A stretch of 64,000 nucleotides of DNA from Phoronis australis (taxonomy: Eukaryota; Animalia; Phoronida), in NCBI GenBank assembly GCA_002633005.1, contig NMRA01000400.1, forward strand, positions 282,476 through 346,475. The letters are read 5' to 3'. Shown here piece after piece: positions 49,669-62,311 of the stretch (its first letter is position 1; every line of letters starts with the position of its first letter). Both the position numbers and the translations under genes were made by a program. Below the pieces are notes generated by a model. That model did no database searches. It saw only the letters and a list, made by a program, of their open reading frames with translations, and was not told where the DNA came from.

Positions 49669-51459
49669 CCATAAACAGTACCTGAATTGCCCCTCTGTTG
49701 GTGAACTTTACCTACCAGCAATCACACGTAGAAGGTCATGTAAAATTTCATTTGAATGGTTCATTTTTTGATAACCCAATGCAAGAACAACTGAATGCCG
49801 TCTCAGAACATTAGGTTTCAGCATGTCTGAAAGTGAAAAGTCGTTCAGATACGTACGTAGCTAGTCATTCCGAAAGAATGAAACTTACTGTTATCCATTA
49901 GTTGGTGCATTTTCTGCTACGCAGATGATCAGTGAACGCCTGCACGTAAACCCGCAGCTTGAACCCTTGACTCACTAGCGATGCCTATCAGGGCTTCCAT
50001 TTTGCCAGAACAGGTTAGGGCCCGAGCATAGAGTCAAGGCAATCCGCTTTTCACTATCGTAATTTTACGAGGACTGGCGAGAGCTTGCTTTTCTCGCATG
50101 AACCTAGCTTTACCGAACGCTCTCCGGAATTGCATTTTTCGGATGCACAGGAAACCTACGATTCAAAATCATGCTATCAGTAGTTACGTTGAAGCCTAGA
50201 AGAAACAAATGTTTTAAGCAAAGTTAATTTGTATGACTATCGAACTTTTTGTGAATTGTCTCAATACAAACTAGTGTGCCATTTCTTTTATTGATAGACA
50301 CGTTGAAGCTGTGATCGTTTGTAAAGATGAACTGGGTTGGAGGAGCTAGGAGTAGGCTAAGGCTTCAACACGAGAAGAAATTACAAAGGGTTCGTATATA
50401 AGATAGCCCGGTTTATATTGTTTGTGTCCCATTTTAGGGGAGAAATGAAATTATAAAATTAATTATGTTTTACCCTTTTTTCAAACCAATTACTGCTCAA
50501 GATGCCAAGTCGCGTAGGAATGGTATTTTTACCATCTCTGTCCAGCTGAGTAACAATTTTGTACGATTTAGCAACAGGTAGTACGCGTTACTTCAACATG
50601 TGTTTAATTGATTTTTGTAATTTGAAATCCGAACCGTAAAAAACGAAGTTGCGAGCCGAACACAGAAGCCAAGGCCAAGACCGAAAAGCTGTGGATCGTT
50701 TCTGTTAACTCCACTGAATTACTGTATACGTATCTAATTGAATGATTCATGGAGATAAAAATTCAGTTTAGCCGGTATTTGCAGGAATTTTTCGATAAAC
50801 AGAAGTTTACAAGACAAGTCGAATCTGCAAGGCCCCCGTCGCCGAAGAACAGACGCAGCGGTCTTAGCCTTGATTTACTTGCATTCCAAACAGTGAACAA
50901 AGCTCATTGCAGACCAAATGCTGGTAACGTTTTGTTTACATTTTATCCCATTAAAACCCTCCGCTGATTCTCAGCAAGCAAATTTTAAAATGCAAATGCC
51001 AGTTTACCCAAACGCGAATGTTGTAAATTGTCTGCAGTTAAATAACATTTGAAAGCACCCGCCTTGAAAATTTTGAAACACACATAAGGAAATTTGAAAC
51101 AATCTAGTTAAAGGGCACTGTTGTATGCGAGTAATCTGAGTGTATCAGAATCTTTTTTCGTTTTGGCGAGCCTTGGAAACCGTAAGTCCGTGCGTAAACG
51201 GAGTAACGCCTCGGCAACGTGCTTCACATTTAGATTATTCCGTAGCTTACGAATTCCACATTGTCAATTTGCCTGCTTACGCCAGAGTTTATCCGTATGC
51301 CGTCTTGGCTCGAAAACGGACCACTGCAAGTCTGACGTCTACTCTATCACTGCATTTTATATTCTATGTAATAAAAAGGTACCAGTGGATGACTTCGTTT
51401 CTTATTGTACAACCTCAGTCGACGTCTTTGCATCCAATTACTTTGTAGGCCAACGAAAT

Positions 51460-54400
51460 ATGACGAGCCGCGTGACCAGAGTGGATCTGGATAAGCATCA
51501 GGCGTGCTTCACTCCGATAGAATACAGCGAGCTCCCCATGTCACCCATTAAAGTTCCGTCAAGTATTGACGTAAATTCTGCGAGGTAGGCCTGCTGATTC
51601 TTGATTTAATATGCATCATTTCAATATGTCATCTGGCGAATAAGACCACTCAGACCGCTGAGGCAGACTGTTCCCTCCATTTTCATTGATTTCCTTATCT
51701 CCTGTTTTAAACACTCTGCGCCATTTTCTAATTGGTTTCTAAACGCAAGACCCGAGGGGCGGAATTGAAGTGCATAAATATATTTGAGATCTGTAAAAAT
51801 TGTGTAGAAAAACTTTTCAATGGCAATTTAAAAGCGTCCTCGTTATTATAATCTACCCAACCATTGTTATCCGCCTTTATGAAAGGGTCCTCCAGTTGGC
51901 AAAACAACCCTGAAAACCATTACGTTACGACAAATGCTTAAATCGGTACAAAACCATGGAAGAAACTGGACATTGTCATGTTCAAAAAGCGTTTCAGTGA
52001 TTCCAGTGCACTTGTAAGCCTACCAAATATTATTTTGATGAACCACTTCAATATAGACCAAGTTAATTTTGTTAAGAGGACATCATAGTTATCATAGTAT
52101 TTAGTGTCGAAAAGCGCACTTGTGGGATTATCGTTGGATGGGATAGAGTTTTTGAAGTTATTTACTTTGACTCGAGCTATAACCGAGACCGCTGACTTGA
52201 CCAGTTGAGTACGCTTAAAATACTGTCATTTATACAATATGATCTATTTCGTCAGCTGAGTATTTAACTGCGACGGCGGAGGTTACGGGCTTGAAGATTC
52301 CGATGACGTCACTTTAAGAAACTTGACGGAGTCAAATTCCTTTTGTTCAGCGTATTATGTCCTAATCTAATCATTATATACAGTACATAAAAACATGAAG
52401 TTGCACTATTATCCAACTGTTTCGAACTCGAAATTGCCAAGCGGTTGGCAGTGCGAACGCTAATCTACTTTCAGCTCGGAGTCTGCGTGCATTCATCATG
52501 GAAAACAATTGGAACGATGGAAGGCTGAACTGCAGAGAGAGAAGGTGAAAGTCGGTATGAAGCCACTTCAGAGTCCATTGTTTTCTCGATTTGACAAGCG
52601 AACACCTTTGGAACACCCTGTAAGCAGTATAAAACGTACAGAATATTTTCCAGATAGTTGGCGACTTTTCATTTCTCAAAACAAGTGAGCAATGAAGTTG
52701 GGGGTAATTCCTAATTTGAAGATATCCAATATCATACATACACCAACTTGTTGTTGGCATTACATTTGAAACCGTTGATATCGTAATCATCCTTGAAAAA
52801 GTGATGACGTCGTTTGTAACTTTTGTTTCTTAATCACAATCCAGGGAAATCACTTCCCCATTATATCCATGTTCACGTTCGCTCCTTGTATCTTTCTGAA
52901 ACTGAGACTGCGCTCAGAGGAGTAAGAGGCACATTTGTGCAACTTTGTAATCGTAAATTTTCAACACTTGAATAGATATCTTTGAATCTTTGGAATTGGA
53001 AATCAAAATGATTCCTGTTGCCATTCAGGTGTTGTCGGCAACGTCTTTAAACCTAAGAGACAAGCATACTGCTGGAATAACACAAGAAATGCCCAGAGAG
53101 GGCGTGATTGAAAAGCAAGGCGAGAGCGAAAGGGGTTTGTTACCAACAAATATGAATTTAACACCTCGCACCTTTGATATGACCTTTAAACACCAGCTTG
53201 GTAATAAGGGACCGGAACACCCTCGTTATCAAGTTGACTGCAGAAGTTCACTGCTACCTGATAGATGCATCTTACCTGTGGCTCGAAAGTCAAAATGGAG
53301 AATATACACTGACGATGCGGAAAATAAAAGAGAAGAGAGAAAGCGAAACGCATTTGCTATAGAAGACTTTCAAGTCACGCCGATAAAAAGAAGGTCATCA
53401 GACACTTCTGTCCAGAATCGTTCCTTTAAGTTCCCAAGAGCCAAGCAGTACTGTGTAGTTGCTTCTGAGAAAGAGGAAAAGCACACACAGGCTAATAGAC
53501 ATGATGTGTTGATGCAGAACTCCATCAGTTCAGGTTCTCCGGAGTCGCAAAAGGAAGACCCTTTATTTGGATTGGACCGTGGTTACCAGAAGGCAACAGA
53601 CGGCTTTGCTACTTCACGGGCTCTAGTGGACCAACAAGTGTACCCGAAACCAAAAAGTGAAAACCCACAGAGGTTGATGTTTGATTCCAAGAAAGGAAAA
53701 TATTGTCCGAAATCCAAGTTCAAGAATTTAGATATTATACCCTTTCCCTTTCCAAACGTTGCAAAGGAAGCAGCACATAACGAGGAAGACCCGTTGCATG
53801 GAATGGGTGAGCAAAATGTTCAAAATATCAGAAAGGATGACGTGAAATTCGAGACGCCTATAGATAAGATGAAAAGTGAAGGTTTCCCGTTTTTGAGCTT
53901 TTTTCGAAACGTTCATCCAAGTGACGGAAGACAGTCACCACAGAGAAAAGATATTGCAGAGACCGAGGTTAAGAAATCTACTTATTTGTTAAACGTTGAA
54001 GATCCTCTTCATGGACTTATGGTTGAGAATGAAAGAGAAGCCTACCAGACATCTTTCATTAGGGGTACGTTTAAGCTAAATTATTGTTTCTAAAGTGTAT
54101 TTGGAGAAACTAAAATTGCCTTGTTGGTGGAGAAGTCCACATATTGGGATATGCATTCTATTACACTGGGTTTGTAATGTGAAATTATTATTTTTAGCAC
54201 CCAGCTCGCTTGAAGAAGCTATGTGTTCGTCTTCTTTGGACATTGGTTTGGATTCAGAAAGTGGAAGTGAGGTAATTTATTAGAACCGCGATAGACATGT
54301 TGTGGCAACCCTTTCACATGCATTTTTGCACTTCCGAAGCAAAGTTACCACGTTCTTTTCCTTTGCTTGAAAGTGACATGGATTGCAATAAATCGCCAGA

Positions 54401-56038
54401 AATTTCGCTGACGGCTGTATTACCATAGCGACTGTAATTAAGCCACTGTAACAAGTAAACGCATTGGACCATGTCCGAAGCAATATCAACGTTTCCGTTT
54501 TTCTCAAGCCCAGAAATCACTTCTTCTCTGCCTAAGGAACAAGATGGTACCGATTTTATGACGCCAACTGACCAAAATCAAAAGTTGGTTTGGTTTGGTT
54601 TGGAACATGCGAGTTTACTGTCTCTGGTGTTTGGCTCTTCAACGTAATTTTATTGTTAAGGTAGTTTTGTTAATGGTTGAAATTTTAAACAACCCTGTAG
54701 TGGTATACACTGTACGATGATATTTTATTTTAGGTCGGCGAAGTCAGGGAACTTGAAGAAGATCCTCTTGGAAAGTTACCTGAAGGTAAACTGTTCGACA
54801 TATTGCCTAACAGCCGTGACTCGAAGGAAAACTGTGTGAAAATGAACTCGCCCTCCAGTGTTAGAGTAACAGGTGCTGCGGTTGATAACACTAGAATCTG
54901 TCTTTCCCCTACGTCTTCCTCAAACCCATGCAGCAGTGATGCACGTACTGAGCGTCCAGTGTCTTTGAAGAACGATATTTCAGAGGAAGAAGATAATAAA
55001 ACGCGTGATGCACACGGAGTGGTTAACACCTCGGACGAAAATAGCCAGTGCCCGTGCACGCCTTCCACCCTTGGCGTAAAGAAAATGGTAGCCAGTATTT
55101 TGGATGGTCTTTTATTCAATTTCATTCCAAGTGCCTCAACGGTAACAACCAATGAAGACATTTTCAAAGATAACGGCAACCAGGAGGTCATACATGAAAG
55201 AGAAAAATGCAAAGTCCACGAAAACATTATCTCGTCCGCATTGCTGAAATGCTGTGGCACCGTAAATGATGCCAAAGAATGCGGACGTGAAACTTTAATT
55301 CTTGGAGAGTGTATCAAAAGTGGTGCTGCTTCCCACACCCACATACCTGAACAAGAAAGAAAGATAACAAAACACGTGACAACTCAAACGGAAATAATAC
55401 AAATTGACGTGTCGACCCAGACGAGTGTTGTAACTGAATGTCAGACAATCCAAACGTCTCCAACTTTCCAGACGAACGACATAGCCCAGCAGACGGATAT
55501 GTCATTCAGTATTTCGAAGCCTGTCTTTGCCGACCCAGATACTCAGCATAACTCTCCAGATAGCGGTAGTCAAGAGAGTTCAGCTGAAGCATTTCCCAGA
55601 GTCACTAACTACTGCTCACTCACCTGTGGCGTTGGCCAATCGCACAAGTGCAATTATTCGCCGCATGATTCCAACGACCATGTTGAGTTTGAAGCAGGCC
55701 AGTCGGAAGTGAATAAAGTAAATCTAGAAAGTACTAAAGCTTCACGGGCACCATATGGCGTCTGGATGAGTCACGACGAGTTTTCAGTTTCCCAGTCTTC
55801 AGAATTTGAACTTAAACATCCTCACCAAGTTCATGCTGAGAAGAACTCCATATTGAAATTCCCCGTAGCTGACGAAACGGTGCAGTTTTCGTGCCTGAAT
55901 GTAGAAAATATTTCTTGCAGTCAACATGAGGTGGACACTGCTTCATCCTCGCAGGACAGTTTGTGCGGGTATGACGTACCACCGAAGTTGAGAAGATCCA
56001 AACGATTTTGCTTTTCTCGAGGACAGCAAGAAATGTGA
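51460..56038 (+). CDS. Uncharacterised, probably disordered protein of ~869 aa; tentative exons 51460-51584, 52475-52544, 53029-54064, 54198-54271, 54734-56038
   Basis: Two long ORFs (367 and 411 aa) are joined in phase by a 74-nt GT-AG exon. An EDPL-x(0,1)-G motif recurs four times across both large exons, which supports a single gene. The two 5' exons are phase-compatible but less certain. No globular domain was recognised. Confidence 0.65.
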
Positions 56039-56739
56039 TTTCAATTTGTTGAATATAAAGACTCCTTCGTCCAGTTTTAGCATAATACAATTTCTTTCAA
56101 GTTTACGGTTTTTTACTGGCTCAACAATTGACGATACTCAGTGATCATTAAGTGTTCATTATAATGTTCCTGTTTTTCAGTTTAACGTTTCACACTTTCC
56201 TTGTTATGTAAGTTGTATTGAATTCCCAATAAATTGCTTATATTGAATTATTTTTAAACTTTCATGATGTAAAATTTCAGTTTCATTGCCCAGATGCTTT
56301 TTGGTAATATCAAATACGACTTTTCGCATAAACACATCAAGTAGTTTTGAAAATGCTTCGAATGTTTTCCCCTTATTTGTGTACCATGTTTGGCTTGTAA
56401 CCTTGACGTGCAAGTTTGATAAAACTGCATGTAGACGCTACAGTTTGCGTGTGAACACAGTACTGTAGTTCTTTTCTGAAAGCATAACCCGTACTATAAA
56501 TAAAATAATTTATTTCCTCTGCTCGAAAGGTACACCCATTCCAGGAACCATTTAAAATTTTACCATGCGTTAACAGCCACTTGTTTTTATCGTTGGCTGC
56601 GGGATGGAAAGTGTCCCCGTATAATATAAAAAATAATTGCCGGCGGTCTGGTACTCGTTGTACCAGACGTGCGCAGGCCGCGCATGTGAGCCCAATGCAC
56701 TGATCACCTAGAACTATTTTTGTGCTTTATTAATTTATA

Positions 56740-56860
56740 ATTAAAACCGAGCTGAGCAGCTAGAAACCTGACTCAAGGGTCTAGCAATGTGGCCCAGCGA
56801 GACTGGAACCTAAGACCTCGAGTAAAGAAACCGGCACCTATCACACTAGGCCGCACTGCT
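56740..56860 (-). mobile_element. Degraded tRNA-derived SINE head
   Basis: The minus strand shows GCGGCCTAGTG (A-box-like), then GGTTCCAGTC (B-box-like), then GACCCTTGAG. There is no intact cloverleaf. Confidence 0.4.
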
Positions 56861-57923
56861 TTCTCATGTGACCCAGTAAATCACACCCAGGTTTTACGTG
56901 CGTGAATCACGAGTGTGCTTCACGAGGATAAAGCACAAGCGTAAATTACGAGCGTACGTTTACGCGCGTAAGATTAAATGATCTGTCAAGCTTGTGTCGG
57001 ACCCTACAAAATGGCATATCACCAAAATGGCCGAGTCGACCTGAATGATGCGTTCATAGACTATGTGTTATGCACTTTTCTTCAAAACAGTGCTGCTACA
57101 ACAGTTTTAAAACAAGACATGTTCACGAGACTCAAATGTTTGAAGTTTTGGTATGAGGCCAAAATCAAATTCTACAATCTTTACTTTTCGAACATATGTT
57201 CCTTCACTGAGTTTAATTATGTACTTTGTAGATACTTGGCTAAATGCAAAGAGTTGTCGATGTGGCCGTACATAACAACGCTCGAAAAGTTTACGCTCGT
57301 CGTTTTAGGAGCGTGGTAGACGAACTTCAAGTTAATTTACGTGTCTACAAGTTTTTGTTGAGCTCACAGGGCCTAATCTCGTATTGGGCATACCGATTAC
57401 GTTCGTAAAACACGGCGTGAAACATGCCTTTACGCTCGCAATTTACGAGCGTAATTTACATGTACCTTGGCGGGCGACACTTTCCTCCGGCGTCCATCAA
57501 TAGTTTCTGTAACCATACGAGACTCGAGTATAGACCATGCAAGCAATAAGCCTAATAACGTTTTTAATTAGCTCTAAGTATCACACCCAGCATGATCATC
57601 CAACATTTCAGTTTGTAGCTTTGAGCATGGGTAACAATTCAAGGAAAGCACTAGCGATCTAAATTCACAAATTCACTGAAGACAACCATAGCAGAAAACA
57701 TAGGTGAATTATACGTATGTACACTTGTCTTTCCCTACTTTAACCTCGCAAGCAAATTTATTCGGAATAGCGTAAGTGTCAAAATAACAAAATGTATACG
57801 TTCACGAATCTGCAATGTCGATCACAGTTCCCCATTCTCGTCTGTTCTTGTATAAGTACGCACTGGACGTTTTTTTGCTTCAATACAAAATAAGTGTATC
57901 GTAATCTTCGCCTTTCTTCGATA

Positions 57924-60900
57924 TTAATCGGTGTCAGAGTCGCGCGTTCCGTCCCTGTTCAATCCTCGTATATGAACGTATTGGACACTTTTGGCGCTGT
58001 ACTTCACAGGAGCACCACCTCCGCAGAAAGGACGAGCGAAAACGCCCTCAACTTCCTCTAGACTTTTGCCTTTCGTCTCGGGCAGAAATAGCAGCAGAAA
58101 TATGAAGCCGGCCAGTGCAAACCCGCAGTACAGCCAGAAGGTTCCTGTAAATCACATAGATAAAGCCCATAATTGCTTTGGTGTTAGATACATAAAGTTG
58201 CCTTAAAGGAGAATGCCACCCAAAAAGCAACCTATTTTGTATCAATTTAGACCGAGTAGTTCCACTCGATAACAACAAGTACAGTTCTTTTACTTGACGG
58301 AGACGGAGGTGTTGAAATTAACCAATGACGTCATAGGTTTGAACGCAGTCTGTTCAGCATGAGTTCACAACACGCTTACTGGTGTGAGTTTATCGCTTCA
58401 ATTCATCGTTTTATACCAATAAATCATCAAAATTCGATGTAAAACCCTTACAAACACATCGAGTTCTCAAACAAGCGTGTTGTTTTATTTCGCTGGTATG
58501 GATCTATAGGTATTTGAACATACCGTAGCCTACAAAAATCGGTAGGCCGCTTTACCAAGGTCGGTCGCGTGAGTATGGGTTTTGTTCACTGATAAATTCG
58601 AATTATTCTTCCTTGAAATGAAAGCAGGAGAACATATCTGTGTGTTGCATTTTTTCAGTTCTAAACACACAAAACGCTTGTTATCCCAGCCAGTGGGTCG
58701 GAACCCGATCCGGCCCGTCGAGGACGGGCATCACGAATATATTTCATCCAAAGTTGGAAACTAAACTCCTAATCACGAAAAACACCATACTAGTGAGCCA
58801 AAGAAATGATATGTACGTGATTATTTTGGTGAATTAGCTGCGAAATTGCAAATCTACTTGTCGAGGACCGCGAAGTCAGGTTCCCCTTCCACAGAACAGT
58901 CAGGGCAAAAGTTGTACAGTAACATTGATTCGATTAATGTATTTGTATAGCTTAGCAGCCATTTTTAAAATCTTTTATTTTCCAATTCAGAATTCACAAT
59001 TGACAAGGTATCTAAATTGAAAGCTGGTACAAAAAAATTCGTCACTAACCATCTCACAAAAATCGAGCAAATTGCGTCGAAATTGTCGATGAATGGAGAC
59101 AATTCTCCAATGAAAAAGGTTGTAGAAATGAAAGGTGCTTCGAATGCAAGCTACAATTTTATGAAAATTGTCTCACGTTTAATGTACATGTGGGCTGTTG
59201 CAGTTAAATTCGTCAGGTGTGCTAGGGCTAGTTAGTGGGAAACCCAATCGAAGGCGACACAAGTGAACGAATGAAATCGTATCGCCTCTTGAAGAGACAT
59301 TTCCCATGGAAACTACCTCTAGAATACAGACTCATACCTCTCGCTGATTCGCAAAAAGAGCAATGGCAAAACCGTTATAAAAACTTACCAAACTGTGTTA
59401 GTCCTTCAGTTAAAGTGAGGAATGTGATGGAGACAATTAGGTTGAATATCCAGTTGGTGAAAGTTGCTATAGAGTTACCAGTGCTTCTGGCCCAGAGAGG
59501 ATATATTTCGGAATTAATTGTCCAAGGCATCGGGCCCATACCTGGAAGACACATCGTGTTTGCACAAGCCGGATGGAAAGTCAAACTTACGGGAGATCAA
59601 TGAAATGATTACCGCTAAATCAGATGAACCTCAAGTCAGTCAATGTCGTTGGGTATTTAAATAATAGGAGTTTTTCTTTGAATGTCATTTTGTTGTCTAA
59701 AACAAGTACTAGAGAAAAGTAACCGTAAAATGTGTCAGGGACACAAATCCTCAAATTTATCTTTCATCATCAATTCTGAATTGCTCTCGTGAATCATGCA
59801 TGTATATTACGACGTGTTTAGCGTGCCTCATTTATACGTCGGGTTTTGTTTGCAGACTCGTTTACTGTAGCAAACATGAATGAAATTACATCGATTTACC
59901 CTTAAATTGAACCATTATATCCACGAAGAATACACAGGGGTTATGCTCTGATAACATAAAATCTACCCATACAACATTTACCTGGAGCAAACATCACCAC
60001 GTAGAATACTAGGCCGACCATAGGCATCCAATAATACTTTGTGGGACAATAATCGTATGCCCACGTGGTCTCCTCTGGTAGATGGGTGCTGTTGCATCTG
60101 CCGTAGAAGGACTGGAAGGGATCGTCATAAGTCGTGGGAAGGCAAGACCCATTTTTCGGGTGTCCGTGATGTTCGTTGTAACAGAATCCGCAACCTAGAT
60201 CTTTCATGCACTGGTGACATGTTCTGCAAATCAATGAAGCATGTGAAATATCGTCGAAACTTAACGTTGAAGATATAAGCTGGGAGCTATAGGATACACA
60301 GCATCAAATCGACTCATCTGACTTCGTATGTAACACCAAAGAGTTTGTTTCTGGATGGTTTAGGGTACTTAGAACTCTTAAACAGGACAACTTAAAATTT
60401 CACGACAGTCCTTACATTTTATGAAAACTATCAATATAGAATACTAGCAAAAAACTTACTGATAACCATGACATGTGTAGGTCGAGTTAGGGTCAAGCGG
60501 ATTTTTCTCCCAAACTGTAATATCAGGTGCATTCATCGCTCCTAGTTGAAAGCCAACGCCAAGCCAAGCAAGACTCATTATTGCTCCTAGAAAAGATTTT
60601 TGAAATGTCCAACAGAAGACGGAGTTGTCCACGTATGAGATGTAACTTTTGTACTTGAGTTCACAACTTAAACATCACTCAAACCCAAACAAGTCGTTTA
60701 CTAACTATTTCGCGTTAGTTATCAAACACTGGGTGATGAAAGGCAGAAGTTGTCCTAATATTCAAAGTAAATTTTATTTCTTTTTTTCTTTTGCCAGTAA
60801 ATACATTCTGGTTGTGGCATTCTGGTCGTCGCAGCCTGTAATATGTTAAGCTCAAACGCCACGTTACCCTGCATATTTCATTAGTAAAAATATTTTCTTG

Positions 60901-62311
60901 GGTGGGTAGCTGGAAGTCCAACTGGTAGAATTCGATATACAGACCATTTTAACAAGTTTTAGCGCTGGATCTGACATCACACATACGACATGGCCAACTA
61001 TTCAATTCACGTGTTGTAGGATATTTCCACTGCAGTTGCAAAGTGTATTTTTTTAGAGCGATCATCTGTCCAGTCCAAAATGCATCCAAAATTGTGAGTG
61101 TTTCACGTTAGTTCCTGTTATGCCAATTTCGTTCTTAGAACGCCCGAACCTGTCTCAACGAATGGCTCTGCGAATGGCCGAAGGGGGTAATTATGGACAA
61201 GAACATGCCCGGATTGCATCACCGCCCACGACGTTCTCAGACTGCACAAACTGCACAACAGTTAGTCGGCTCCCCCCGGTTTGTGTCCCATTTTCGAGGT
61301 CTACGTTGGTGTGGCAGGGCCCTTAGTAAAAATTACACTGACGTGTCATTTATTCTAAGCTTCACTTACCTACTAAGCTACCGAGCGTTAATACTCTCCT
61401 GCCTATTTTTTCTACTAAGTAAAGACCAGCGAATGTGAAGACGAAATTTGTGAATGATGTTAACGATGAAAGCCAGATGGCAATGATGTCGGTCTTGATT
61501 CCCGCCATTTTTATGATGATTGGACTGTAATACCTGCAGTGGAAGAATAAACATTTGTCATTGACCTGTTTCGCGGAAACTGCGAAATGATGACAGGAAA
61601 TTTGAATAAATACTTGCTAAACTGAGCTGGGGTTATAACGTGACTCCCAAAATCTGATTAGTAGGTAATTACAAAAAAGTGCAAGAGTTAAGACCAAATC
61701 TCTCACCTCATTCTTCGCCTACTTTTCATGAAACATGCTCCATAAAAGCCAAAGGCACAGTAAAGCAGAGTGGACGAGCTGGTAAAATTCTAGATATTTG
61801 TCGCCGGGAGATAGTTCACTTCTGCATGTACCTATCGAACATTGCGCATTTGTACTATTATGCTTCAAATATTGCTTATTGGATCAACGATTTTTCAGTT
61901 TTGTGAAAACGCTAAGTGGTCTTGAAAGCTTCCGTCAAATACTGCGACGTGAATGTAGTATTTTGCGCTTTCCATTTTTAAGACAATGATATTGGTGAAA
62001 ACTGAAACGTTAGAATTCTAACTGAATCCTTTTAATGAGGCAAGAAAGAAGGCTATCCTCTTAATTCAGTGACTGTTTACGTGAAGCAGCTTCATTATTT
62101 AGATTGTCATCAAGAGCTAAAGGTATGCCACAATTCCCAAGGATGTCACTCGCATGTCACCGTGCGAATCTATGGATAAAGTATTAATTAGTGACTTACA
62201 TGACGGTGTTGATTCCAGCTAGCTGTTGCAGCATTTGAAGACTGCATCCTATTATAAGCGCCCTTCGCACGGCGGGAATTTTAAACATCTGTATGCAGAT
62301 GGGAGCGTGAG
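57924..62311 (-). CDS. SLC2A13: Proton myo-inositol cotransporter (HMIT), 3' part; exons 62311-62200, 61533-61370, 60586-60460, 60223-59982, 59541-59389, 58144-57924; 5' exons not found in the window
   Basis: Phase-consistent exons encode [33 protein letters not shown], the Cys-rich loop [14 protein letters not shown]...[44 protein letters not shown] and the HMIT-like tail VQYVHIRG. The stop is TAA at 57924-57926. Confidence 0.93.

Noticed and set aside
54730-55344. 204-aa minus-strand ORF
   Set aside because: It is the antisense shadow of the large plus-strand exon, with no independent motifs or splice support.
61168-61322. Extra SLC2A13 exon in the GC-richer intron segment
   Set aside because: It would need a ~47-nt intron and reaches a stop in the required phase. 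The flanking exons already join in frame.
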